In this document: in pieces, positions 42,593-55,763 of the stretch
Layout of the letters: each line of letters opens with the position of its first letter
Numbering within the stretch: the first letter of the stretch is position 1
NCBI GenBank assembly: GCA_012295275.1
Contig: CM022679.1
Coordinates: forward strand, 4,278,001 to 4,342,000
Direction of reading: 5' to 3'
DNA length: 64,000 nucleotides
Origin: Chrysomallon squamiferum
Lineage: Eukaryota; Animalia; Mollusca
Notes under the pieces: model-generated
The model's input: the letters and a program-made list of their open reading frames with translations, nothing else
Told to the model about the DNA's origin: nothing
Database searches by the model: none
Translations under genes and position numbers: made by a program

Positions 42593-42644
42593 CTTGGACA
42601 GTGGTGAAAGTTCCCAGGGTGATTATCAGTCCCGTTAGGTGCAT
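42593..42644 (-). CDS. nAChR alpha-type subunit, coding exon 1 (signal peptide MHLTGLIITLGTFTTVQ-G)
   Basis: ATG at 42644; 17 codons plus 1 nt of a hydrophobic signal-peptide-like stretch; donor AAG|GTAAGC at 42592. Phase 1 joins exactly in frame to exon 2 (G|GT = Gly, then FAEVYLSDED). An acceptor ttgcag at 42673 gives a 28-nt UTR part (42645-42672), implying a further upstream non-coding exon. Confidence 0.8.
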
Positions 42645-42676
42645 CTCCAGCCACCCGCGAACTTGAGAAAACCTGC

Positions 42677-42694
42677 AACAATAATAATAATAAC

Positions 42695-42747
<53 letters not shown>

Positions 42748-42772
42748 TAATAACAATAATAATAATAATAAC

Positions 42773-42818
<46 letters not shown>

Positions 42819-42864
42819 TAATAATAATAATAACAATAATAATAATAACAATAATAATAATAAC

Positions 42865-42917
<53 letters not shown>

Positions 42918-43034
42918 TAATAATAATAATAATAATAAATAATAACAATAATAATAAATAATAATAACAATAATAATAATAACAATAATAATAATAACAA
43001 TAATAATAACAAATAAAACAACACCAAGAACAAC

Positions 43035-43079
<45 letters not shown>

Positions 43080-43420
43080 CAACAACATTAATAATAATAA
43101 TAATACAATAATAATAATAACAATAATAATAATAAATAATAACAATAATAATAAAAGTAAATAGTAGTAGCTGCAGTAGTAGTGGTGCTAGTAATAACAA
43201 TAAAACAAGAACAGTAATCATAATAATAATAATAAGGAGAATAATAATAACAACAAACAACAACAACAACATTAACAACAATAATAATAAATAGTAGTAA
43301 TAGTAACAACAGTAAGTAATAATAGCAATAAGAAGAAGAATAATGGAACAACAACGACAACAACAACAACAATCACAACAAAAATAACAACAACAACAAC
43401 AACAATAGTAATAATAATAC
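42677..43420. repeat. Compound (AAT/AAC)n microsatellite abutting the exon 1 acceptor
   Basis: Direct inspection; source of the 213-aa and 277-aa artefact ORFs. Confidence 0.95.
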
Positions 43421-43905
43421 ATTTATTATGTATTTAAAAGAAAGAAATTTCAAATTTATTTTACTGTTTCCATTTTAACTCGATATTTTCGTATTCACAT
43501 GCATTATGTACATGAACAGATTCTGAGTATAATAAAAAGCGAAACTATTGACGTATCATAATTCTGACCTCTGCTCTACCGATTCAGACACGAAAAGCTC
43601 CGCCATCATTGAAAAGGGTAACTGTAAGCGATTAATTGAACTTAATGGCTTATCCCATATTTGGTTTCAGAGAACACATTCACCAGTAATTCAAGCAGAG
43701 AAAAGATGTCGCCTTTGTCTGAACATATTGATACTTTCATAGTAAATGAATGCCGTTTTCAAAACCTGTCTCACAAAAAAAAATAATAATAATAAAAAAA
43801 TAAAAATAAATGTCGAATAGATTTCAGTTTTGCTGACTGGGACCAAATCCAAAGATGCAATTAATATCTGATTTCTGTTATTATTTCTAAAGCTGCTGCT
43901 GCTAT

Positions 43906-43967
<62 letters not shown>

Positions 43968-44520
43968 TTACTACTATTATTATTATTATTATTAATAGTA
44001 GTATTAGTATTAGTGTTAATATTTTTAGTATCATCATCATCATCGTCATTATTATCATCATTGTCGCCATGATCAAGATAATTATCGTTAATATAATTGG
44101 TATTTTTCTGGTGCAATCAATTCCAGCTAGATGTGTATAGCATGGAATTGTTTGTTTAATATTGAGTTCAGAATCACATTTATTATTCTGTCTGATTCGT
44201 CACGCAACATGAAACAAAAAAATATATTTATACGATTTGTTCTGTTCATTACAGTTTTACTTTTATCTTTAGCCCCGTTCTTCTTCATTTTTAAATTACA
44301 TTTGTACTGTAGTCTTTCGTTAGAAAAATGTACATTAATATACTATTTTAATTTGTAATAACAGGAGTCATCCCTAAAGTGCGTACAGCCAGAGCGAACG
44401 AAAATAATGTAACTGATCGGAGATTGTTCGTTAAAACCGAATACAAATCAGATATAGAGAACTTTTAAAAATTGTTAAAATACTCAAAAAAAAAATTTAT
44501 TTAATGAATTCTGTCTGACT

Positions 44521-44700
44521 CTGGTTCAGTGGTTAAAACATCTGTCTTGAAACTTGATCTCTTGTACTAATTCTTCTCAGCGATGCTCACTGAGTTATAT
44601 CCCGTTCCAACCAGTGCCCCTTAAATCGTTTAACAAATTATGTGGTATCTATTCACCTGTTTTTTTAAAGAAGTATATAATAAAAGATTCATCCCGTCAA
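44521..44700 (+). mobile_element. Degenerate tRNA-derived SINE-like relic
   Basis: A-box-like TGGTTCAGTGG at 44522-44532, followed by blocks colinear with the reverse complement of 23640-23830; B box eroded. Confidence 0.4.
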
Positions 44701-45074
44701 AAAAAAGGATAGTGTAAAGTTGTTTTTAAATTAGTTTTATTTAATTAATTTTTTTCAGCTTGAAAAGTCACATTATATAATTATATTGTAGAGTAAATAC
44801 TCAACACATAAATGGCATGCGCATGCAGGATTTGATTTTTTAACATTTGATTTTTAAGAACATCTCTTATTATTTAGAACAACACAACCCAGTGCTGGCG
44901 GTCAGACGTGAAAAATGAAAGATGAGAAGTCGCAATGATAAGCATTGAACTGACGACCTTACACACTTGATGACAGCCACCTAACCTTTAAGTCAATCGC
45001 TACATGTCACTAAAATTTTAAATGCTTTAAATATATCTTCAACAAAGAAACAAGCAAGCAAATACATACATACA

Positions 45075-45117
<43 letters not shown>

Positions 45118-45360
45118 ATAGAGAGAGAGAGAGACAATACATAAAAATCTTTAGGAAATAAAAATAAATTTTCGACTGAAAATGTAATTCAAATATTTAA
45201 AAAAAAAAAAAAAAAAAACATTCAGAGTATATTAAATTAACAATAAATTGAAAAAGGTATTAAAATGTTTTAAACATAATCTTTAAGTCGGTAGTACGTA
45301 AACTTTATGTGAAAAAGAAAATTTGTTTGAGCTGTTTTAAAATAATCTTTCTTAAGAAGG

Positions 45361-45429
<69 letters not shown>

Positions 45430-48307
45430 TAACAGTGCTGAAAATATACCAATATTTGGCATAGGGAAACATTAAGTGATACAGTGAACATATTTCCTGC
45501 ACTGGAATGAACTAAAATTGTTGGAATGCATACTTGTAAATTACAGGTTGAGCATTTTTCTAAAATGTTCTGCAAGCCACAGTTTAAAAAAAAAATCCTG
45601 TAAGACTAAGATGGAAAAAAAAATATAGACATTGAGTGATTAATTATTATAGGTAACAAACGCACAAAGTTTTTATTTTTTTATTTTTTTTATTTTTTTA
45701 GCTTACCTGTGGAGAAATAAATATGTTACGTTACCTTGCATCTATCATTGAAAGTCAAAAACAACATATACGATTTCAACTAGCATTTTTGGGTTCACTG
45801 TGGGGTTTTTCTGTGCTAATTTGGTTTTAATGAGAATCTGTGTTTGCTCAGCATATCAGATGATCGGATGCCAAAGTTGTATGACGTCTAAATAAATAAA
45901 TGGTACCATTTACAAGCCATCTTTTAAGCAAATCGCTTTTCTGTTTGCGGATTTGACGTAGCTTCGTACCAACATACAATTCGTTTTCTTTCGTTTTTGT
46001 CGTCTCTATTTCTGCCTCTAACTAACTTTTCAGATGTTGGATGCATTGCATGCATGTCTCTTTGTCTTCTTTTTTTCAAGATGTCATTTATGCACGTATG
46101 TACGTATGTATTTGTGTGTGTGTGTGTATATATATTTTTTTTCTTGCTGTAATTTGCTCACATCTACCTATTCACTTCAGCGAAAATCTGGAACATTTCT
46201 GAACTGATTACTAACATGTGTGTTGTATTATATTTCCGTGTTAGGTAATAAACAACAGAAAAACGTGGAGAATCTTACACTGTATTTCTTGCGCTAAATA
46301 TTATTATAATTATGAATGTCATAACACAATTTATTCCCTCTTTTGCTTGCTTAATTTCATCATCGTTTTAGTCAATCACGGGCAAATTTAGTGTGTTTTA
46401 TTGGTCCATCGGATTGCTTATGACAATTCCTCGAGCGAGAATATACACGAAAGAAAGGAAAAAATTGACTTATTATACACATGCATACTTTGCTGTTTAT
46501 AAAGTGTTGTCTCCGATAACAAAATTAAAAAACAATCACTTGGAAAAACACGAAGGTTTGTTTATTCATCACAACAAAATAGCTGTTTGAAGAAATTAAT
46601 TTAATGTCCGAACATTTAAGCCGATATTGTTCAGTCTTGACTTTCGAATATCTATTTTCTATGAGTAGGCACTTTTTCTGCAAACTATTTTGCTGAAAAC
46701 TCGACACACCCGTTTCACATAATTCAGATACAGCGAAAATTAGACAGTTGCCATATTTCCTTGAGACCGAATATTTAATATTACTTTAAAAATGTCGTCA
46801 ATTTCTTGTCAAAGCCTGCAGTGCTAACATAAATATTTTTTCTTTTTTTTAAAATTATTTTCATAATTATGTGTAACTTTATTCACACAGCCACTGTTAT
46901 CAAAAGTCGGAGTGCGTTGTTTTTAGTAATATTCTGTACATAAATACCTGATATCATCAGAATTATTAGCACATTTGTTTTCAAACGCCGACAACAGGTA
47001 TTGTTCGAATTCTCATTACTGTGCATTGCTGAATTATTAACACCATTTTTTGAAATATCGACAATTATTATAGTTACAACATGTATCGCTAAAACTCGAA
47101 ATACTCTGCAGTGCCGATTTGCTTTAATTTGGAAACGTCGACAGTTAGTGTACACCCTGGTGCTGTTTGAGTTACATTTCCCATAGGTGTCGAATTAGTA
47201 ACGTATTTTGCAAACGTCGACACTTATTAATAGACGTTCTGTTGTCGGAGGTCACACTGTTCTGTTGTTTCGAACTGAAGACACCGCCAGCACAAGTGCT
47301 CTATCTTCATTGATGGTTTTGTAAATGTTTTTTTCATGTATTTGGGTCCCATGGGTTAAAGCATGTATGCTATGGACACTTTCTGAGTAAGCTAAACAAC
47401 CCGATCATGCCAAAAAATCCAAACCACACAAAAATGTTTTTTGCACTGATATACATATGTTTTGGAGATAATGAGGATTTAATTTAAAAAAAAAAAAAAT
47501 AATAATAATAATAAATTAAAAAAACAACACACAAAAAATCAAACACGGAATTAACCATAAGAACTGATAAGAAATAACAGAGTTAGTAATAAAGGCAGAG
47601 AGAGTAAGTGAAAGAAATTACCATCAGTTACTATTTTTTATTTTACTATTACTAATACTAATACTACCATCACCACACCACCAATACCACCATTACAACA
47701 ACAACAACAACAACAACAATAATAATAATAATAATAATAGTAATAATAATAATCACATCAAAAACATGAATGCTACGATCAAAAATAACAATAACAAAAA
47801 AAAAAAAAAACATCAACTGATTTCACAAAAGATACAAATTTCACTTTAAAAATTCACTGTTAAAACATGAGTGATTGAAACTGCAGCTGACAGGATCAGA
47901 GACAAGAGAGGAAGGACAGCACGTACCAAGGGAAACGGAGTATCGGTTGTACAGTAGCAGTAGGAAGACAGACATCTCAAAGGATGTGTCTGCTTGATCG
48001 ATATCTGTCAACTGCGTGGTGTAAAACGTTTCTTAACTGTTGAACTATAGAACAGGAAGGGATTGTAGTTTATCTCTGAAAGCCACTTACAGGGCAGTTA
48101 TTAAATGATGTTATTTAATGTGCGTCTGCGATCAAAGTGCATGTATATTATTTTTGAAAAACGAGTTTATGGATCTTTTTGAGTTTTTTTCACTGTAAGT
48201 AAGTAAAAACTGTGAGTCGAGGTAAACGTGCGTGTTTATGTGAATTTGCGCTTGTAAAGAAATGAAAAAGTGTATGTGAGAGAAAATAATCAGATGCACA
48301 AAACAGA

Positions 48308-48383
<76 letters not shown>

Positions 48384-48817
48384 TTCTGTATTTATTTACA
48401 AAAATTAAGTATGCGATAACCAAGTATTGTTTTTAGAAGCTGAGTAATAGATATGACATTTCTGTAATGGGTCACTAAATTACTGCCTTACTGCTTACAG
48501 CCCTGGTAAAACTGCATTACGAGTTACCGAAAAATAACTAAAATAGTAACGTCAATAAATAAAATAGTAACGTCAATAAATAAAATCGTACATTATTTAA
48601 TTTTCAAAAAAAATCTTTGTGTTTATCCGTATTATTTATTTCTCAGATGTATATCTATTTCTGACTTTCTGAGAAAAACAGCAAGTATCTGACGAAATAA
48701 TGCAGCAAGGATATTCTTAACTAAAACTCGCAGAAACATTACAAACGTAAAAAAAACATGCCAGGCCATCAAAGGTACGTATACGTATAAACACAAACGA
48801 TAAATTAATGCTCTTAC

Positions 48818-49150
48818 CAAAATGTCGAACTCTGTAATAACGTTTTAGTTTTATCGAGTATACTGTCATAGTTGGTGTAGCCTCGCCGATGTTCCATTAA
48901 TTCCAACAACATTCACGTCAACGCATATCCGTCCGTCCGAACTTCTGCGTGACGTCATCGGTGAACACTGGAATCACTCGACCATTTGTAAACAAGTTCG
49001 GCGTGAACGTACGATCCGAATAAACTGCCGGTAGATACGACTGCATTCCCGAGCCAGTCGTTCTCTCAGTCAGCCGATCTGAACGATAGCTAGCTTACTC
49101 TCTCGATAGAATACTCATTAATTTTTCAACACCGGCACAAGCTAGGATTG
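48818..49150 (-). promoter_or_regulatory. CpG-rich island; candidate promoter or non-coding first exon of the nAChR gene
   Basis: Locally high CpG density; perfect CRE palindrome TGACGTCA at 48950-48957; minus-strand donor-like sites TTG|GTAAGA (48817) and AGA|GTAAGC (49098); lies 6 kb upstream of an exon that needs an upstream partner. Confidence 0.3.
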
Positions 49151-51939
49151 ACACGTGGCAACAATTGCCATAAAATAGCATCACAAAGTGCAGTGAAGAT
49201 TAAAAATAGAAAAAAAAAAAGAGAGAGAAAGAGAGAGAGAAGCAGGAAAAGAAGGAAAGTGCATTAAAAGGAACTAGATTACAGAGAGAAATGCAAAGTG
49301 GAAATTCGTAAAATATCACTCGTAGAAACAAGATTCGAATAGTGCGCACCTGTCTCGTGGAGCTGAGTGCTTTTCCGTTCTTGGCGGGATGCAATACAGA
49401 AAACTATTATCGCGTTTTGTAATTTTTGGTGCGCTGCCTCGAAGGCGGAAAGTTAACGAAGAACGTTTTACTTTGCATCAGTCATGCAATTCTGATTCGC
49501 AGCCTTCATGGTTGAATAAAATATTAATAAGCTGTCTCACTCTACATGGCTGTGTCCTTTGATTGCAGGATGTGGCGTCAAAAAAAAGAGTCGGCTTCTA
49601 TTAGCAGTTTTCGTTTACTGCGTCATAGCAGAGATGTAAGAATTTTTCTCTCTCATTTATTCATTGCGCATCTCTTTTCACACAGAGACCTTTCAGTCGA
49701 ATTAGGCATGATTTCGCATTGGTTAGTGTTTTTGCTTCTTTGCTGCGAAAATCGAATGAACCACGAAACAGCATTAAAATTTGGTTTGACTGCACATTAA
49801 GAACTTGTTCATAATCACGTAGAGCGATAAAATATAAAACTGTCTAACAGCCAGAATTCCACGAAATGGTTGAAAACCTTTTTCACGTGTATTCCACGTA
49901 GAACGGCCTTTATCGTGTTCACAAACTAGCCTCCAATTAAAGTGTCTACGATATCAGCTATATCTGCTGCCCTCTTTATCCTTCGTTTTGTACATTTCTT
50001 AACGTAAAGAAGGAATCATTTAATGTACGTCTATTTCGGTCTGTTTTTTCCCGCTGTCTATGTTCTGTTGATGTACAAGAAAACAGATCAGAACTGGACT
50101 GTGTAAAACGTGGGCTATAATTAAACGCGAGATATCGCTATTTTCTCTCACTTACTTAAAACTGCACCTTACAACTGACTGGTATGTAATTTGTAAAAAA
50201 CTTTATCTGGGAAATGTCTGGGATGCTGCATTAACGTAGGTTTATGATTCTGTGCAGGAAAAACCGCCAGCGATGACCACATGGCCAAGCTCCTACCATC
50301 TGCTACAAACCGCTGTTTTTGCAATTAGGTCTTTGACTGATCGTAAATATTTTCTCTTTTGTAATTTGGCGTTTAATATTCCGATTGTTGCGAATTAATC
50401 TACCTGCACACAACGTATCGATTTACCCCCACGTGACTCGGACAAATTAGAAAGGTAAGCCGTGAATGTAACAATCAAAGAGGAAAAATTAGCTCGCAGA
50501 AAAAAAGAAAAGAAAAAGAAAAAAAACTAAGATATCGAAAAAAGAAAAAAAAAAATAATAACGAAGAAAAAGAGTAAGAAACAAAATCGTCTCTGGTTTA
50601 TATTAAGTGAAAAATCAACTTTGCTTTGGCCGGTATGGAGATTGGCTTGATATTCTTTCTGCTAGGCTTTATTTATAAATTAATTACCAGAAACTGGCAC
50701 GCCGTGGTCGGAGTGTGTTTTGTGTTGATCGGTCGTTGCAGCTGAACACGCTACGACACAGAGAATACGCGCTGACACAAACGTGAATGCAATCAATACC
50801 GAACGCGACTGTTGTAACGTCAGTCTGTATGAAGCAAGACAGTTTGTGGACGCTTCACTGGCCCGTTAACGTTTGTCTCAGATTGAATAATGTACACTTG
50901 TAAAAAGATCACCGCTGGAGTAGAGGGAAGACCATTGTGTTTTAGATATGGAAGTTACGCTCTGGCCGCCGCATAGCCGGAAACTTATCCGCAATATGTC
51001 AAATAGAATTATAGCACATTACGGCTATGATGGTATAAAGGGCTTTTTCAGAAATGATCAGATCAGACATTTAGGAACCAATTGAGTCGCGAGCTGAGTC
51101 TTATGTGGTTATTTTAGACAATGCGATCTAAGAGAAAGAGAGAGAGTATGAGTGTGTGTCTGTCTGTGTGTGTGTGGTTGTGATAGAGAGAAGACAGAGA
51201 CATATTGAGAATGAGAGAGATAGAGAGAAAGTCAGAGAGAGAAGGAGAGAGGAAATGGAGATCGAGGAAAAGTTACATTAATGAACACTTAACGATGGTT
51301 ATATGACGTTGTACATAATAAAAAAACTTCAGATATATTTTATATACACATTTCCACCGAATGCAAACATATATTATAGCTGTTTATAAACAAGGCATCA
51401 AGCACGGGCTTTAAAGGCAAACTGGATGAGCTGAAGAGGAATGCCACTTTCAGCCCTACACCTTAACCAATGAACACAGCAGAGTTAATTCCACGAGAGA
51501 CAATGGAAGCAGACTGAAGAGAAGACAGACAGGCAGAGAAAATAAAATCTGAAGAGAAACGTTCGATGAGAAAAGAAAGGCCAAAACGTAAAAAGACCAA
51601 TTTAAGTCACCTCGAAAAGGTCGGTAACATGTAGGTCTTTATTCACCACGAGTAAAACCATACAAAATGTATAATCTTTCAATCATCCAGTTATTACTGC
51701 AAAATGAATAATGAATCCAGAATTCCCTACAGTTCAATAAAAATGCAAGAAATTAAAGAGCAAAAGCATGTTACACTGGTGCGTTTTTTACAGTCATATC
51801 TGAGTTTATGATGTTTGAAATAAAATGTATATGGACAACACGAATGAAATAAAATATAAGTTCAGCAATGAATGTTACTAATAATTAACATTTCGTATTT
51901 CACAAACAGATAAATGATAAATCTATTTTCTATTTTATT

Positions 51940-52155
51940 TATGTACGTATGTGTATGTATGTATGTATGTATATATGTATGTATGTGTGCGTATGTGTGT
52001 ATGTATGTATGTGTGTATGTGTATGTATGTGTGTGTATGTGTGTCTGTATGTATGTATGTGTGTACGTATGTGTGTATGTTTGTGTGTTTGTATGTGTGT
52101 GTGTATGTGTATGTGTGTGTGTATGTTTGTATGTATGTATGTATGTATCTGTATG
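51940..52155. repeat. (TATG/TG)n compound microsatellite
   Basis: Direct inspection. Confidence 0.93.
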
Positions 52156-55100
52156 AGGGTATGTGTCTTTGTTGCTGTTGTTCTATTGTTCTATTTTAAT
52201 TTATCCTTCTCCTTATAAAAAAACAAAACCAAAAAACCCATAAAATTGTAAAATACAGAAATTCTAAGAGTCAGTACCCCCGTGTAGAAGGGTTACACAT
52301 ACAACTGACTGACTTTATGAAAATCAAAATGGCATCTGCCGGTTACGAGAGAATCAAAACAACCAACAAAACAAAAAAAGAGAGAAAGAAATATATTCCA
52401 CCTTCCATAGTTTCTTGCGAAATTAATACCGCAATTCAATTATGTGAAGTGCCTTTAAAATGAATCATCAGCGATCATTTTGTATTTGGAACTAAACTTT
52501 CCAGACTCTTTTTCTTATTCGTTAGAAGTCTTGTAGTAAAAAAAAAAAAAGTTTCTTAATATAGCCACCCGCGTCCAAGTCTTTGCTTCTTGCTTTCAAG
52601 CCGCTCGTTGCTTTTGACGTTTTCGCTTTTCATCTGTCGTTTAGACGCCGATTACTTGATAAATATTAGCAGTAAACAGTACGAAAAAAATCGCTACAAA
52701 AAATAAGTTAGAAAAAAAATGTTTGCAGTTCGTTCGTAATGGCAATTAAAAGGATACGGCATATCAATCGACGCTTGAACGTGTTTGATACAGAGTGCTA
52801 GAAACATTTTAATCATTATTAACAGGTGCCTTTTTTTTTTTCTTTTTTTTTTTTCATTCTCTATTTTTTGATATTTTCTTTTCTATGCATTATTTTTGTG
52901 TCTGTATTTTCTCTTTTCTGTATTAGGAGAAACGAAACAACATTACGCTTGCTATCTGAAGGTCAGAATGAAGCATTAGTCCTTGAATCTCAAACTTGAT
53001 AAAGAAACACAATTTCTTCAGAGGATAAGTCCTGCTTGCTAATTCCATTGGGAAATCTCCCTTTCCAAACACAGCCCCAACACTAATGTATCAAAAACGT
53101 GTATATTTATGATTTATTGGCAAATGTATACAACTACGAATCTGCAGCGGCCTGTAGCTTGATCATCAAACTTCACGTTCATCTGAAGATCAGACATCTT
53201 TGTTATGTGTACTGGGACCCTTCCATTGCTAACCAAAGCTCCCAAAACCCATCTAATGTTTTATTCCAAGGCAGATATATGTATTTACCAATATATATAT
53301 ATATATATAAGTGTGTGTACGTATGCGTGCGTGTTTTTATCTGTATATAAGTCAGTGTATATATTAATATATATATATAATATATATGTATGTGGGTGGG
53401 TGTGTCTGAATGTAATCGTGTGTATGACTGCATATTTTGTTTCTTTAATATTAAGAAATAATCTCAAGATAACAAAGTTTTCTTTTACAATTTTTATCAC
53501 GCTAGTTGATATTTTACAGACACAAAATGAATCAATAAATATGACAATACTCTATTTGATATTCCTCTTTGCATTGTAGGTGATATGTTGATGCTACGAA
53601 ATAGAAAAAAAAAATTATAAATAAATCCAAAAACGCTCAGAAGAAGTAAAAACGAAAAGAAAATACACTGGTTGAAAGAAAAGGTAAGTTTCTGTCTGTA
53701 TGTCAGAATTTCTTTATGTTTGTTGTTCGTTTAGACTTTTATTGTTCGCTGCAAACGATCATGGAAAATTACTTAAGATAGCAGTTTGACAGAAAAGCGC
53801 CATTTATCAAATAAAAAGGAGGATAACTCTAACTTATAATGTGAAAAATGTGTAGAATTGCTCTTTTGCCAGCGAAGAATTCTACCCTGTATTATTATTA
53901 TTGTTTTTGTTGTTATTGTTGTTGTTGCTGCTGCTGCTAGATTTTACCTAAAATTCTTATGGATTAATATGCATATTTGTAAATAAATATAGAGGCATTC
54001 TCTCTCTCTCTCTCTCTCTCTCTTACATTCATATATATATATATATAGATATATTAAATGTTAGTAAAGACAGTTAAATATTTCGATTCATTTCTAATTC
54101 AGATGCTACTTTCCAATTTTAATAAATATTCTTTTCTTAATCAAAATAAATCATTACATTTTTCGTTAAAAAAGTGAGTCCTCTTTTTTTTACAAGCGAC
54201 CTCTCAGAAATTATCTACAACAGACGTAGTCTATGTTCATGTTATTTCGATTTCTGCTTCAAAAGCCCTTGTGAAGAAAAAGATTGAAAAAAAACAAAAA
54301 ACAAGAAAGAATCTTGCCAAGGTGTTATCGAATGGTTCGCCAATAACAAACCAACATAGTCTTCAAGTAACAGGCTTCAGGAATGGAATACAGTAGGATC
54401 GCATTCCATCACTGGATTAGACAAATATTTAACAGTGTAGATCTAATAGTTCAGTTAAAATTTCCAAAACAATGGGAACTGATGTCCAAGGTAGGTATAC
54501 TTCAATTTTTAAAAGTTGTCAGGACTTCTGAATAACTGATTAACCCACACCACTGCTGCTATATTTCACCACGAACCAAAAGCTAATTTTGGAATTGTAT
54601 AATATCCCTGTACCATTTATTTCCATTAAATCTCCAACATTAATGACAACAAAAATAAAACAAAAATCCAGGCTTTTGCGTCATTTGTCCACGACAGCCG
54701 TGCTTAGCAGCTGCTTGCTTTAACTATCCGTGTCCCAAATTATCCCATCTTCGTTATCTTCAAGAAAAACAGAATTTCCTGTCTTTGACAAAGATAAGTT
54801 AATACGGCGTAAAAGATACCGACGTCTGACCGTTTATATATATCACAAACCGTGCCAGACTTAGCTGTAAGGAAATTGCATATAAAAGAGTCTTTGCTTA
54901 TGATCGATAGAGGCATGATATATGGATCACCCTGTGTTTTTACTTATCGCTAATCTATCGGATCATGTCCAAGGCGGATGTAGCAAGTTGCTGCTTCTGT
55001 AGCCAGCGAGACAATGCGCTTCTGAATTAAGATGAGATAGATAATTAAAATAACCGTAAATAGAAGTAAATAGTATCACAAAATGCTTCGGTTATTAATT

Positions 55101-55180
55101 TGTAATGCAGGCGCAAGGTCATGGTAACAACAGTTTATTTTATATGTGTGTGTATGTATATAGATATATATATATTTACA

Positions 55181-55285
<105 letters not shown>

Positions 55286-55659
55286 TATCGATTGCTAGTC
55301 ATAATTATTTACCTGACTCTGTATCAAGTTATTGATCATCTAGATCTTGAGTTTAATATTTTTAAAACGTTAACAAGTTAGTAAGTAAGTAGGTTAGAAT
55401 ATAAAATAGAAAGTCTACGTAAGTGCTGTAATTTACAAATTTACAAACATTAAACTTAAACACATACATTATATACATTAATGAATATATGTGTTACATA
55501 AACACGTAGAAGCGCATATACATTCATACACACACATACACACATACATACATACATATATAAATAAATAAATAAATACAAAACAAAAAACAAATCTCTA
55601 ACTCGACTGACTGAAATAGTATTAACAGGCTTACGGAAAAAACAGACAGAAAAACAGAC

Positions 55660-55763
<104 letters not shown>

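Noticed and set aside
48540-48590. Small local duplications (21-bp tandem here; also ~10685-10830, 25530-25645, 58455-58485, 62140-62310)
   Set aside because: Ordinary slippage or short tandem duplications with no further structure.
51280-51480. Possible third SINE relic
   Set aside because: The similarity rests only on my recollection of a gastropod SINE tail and is too eroded to support from this window alone.
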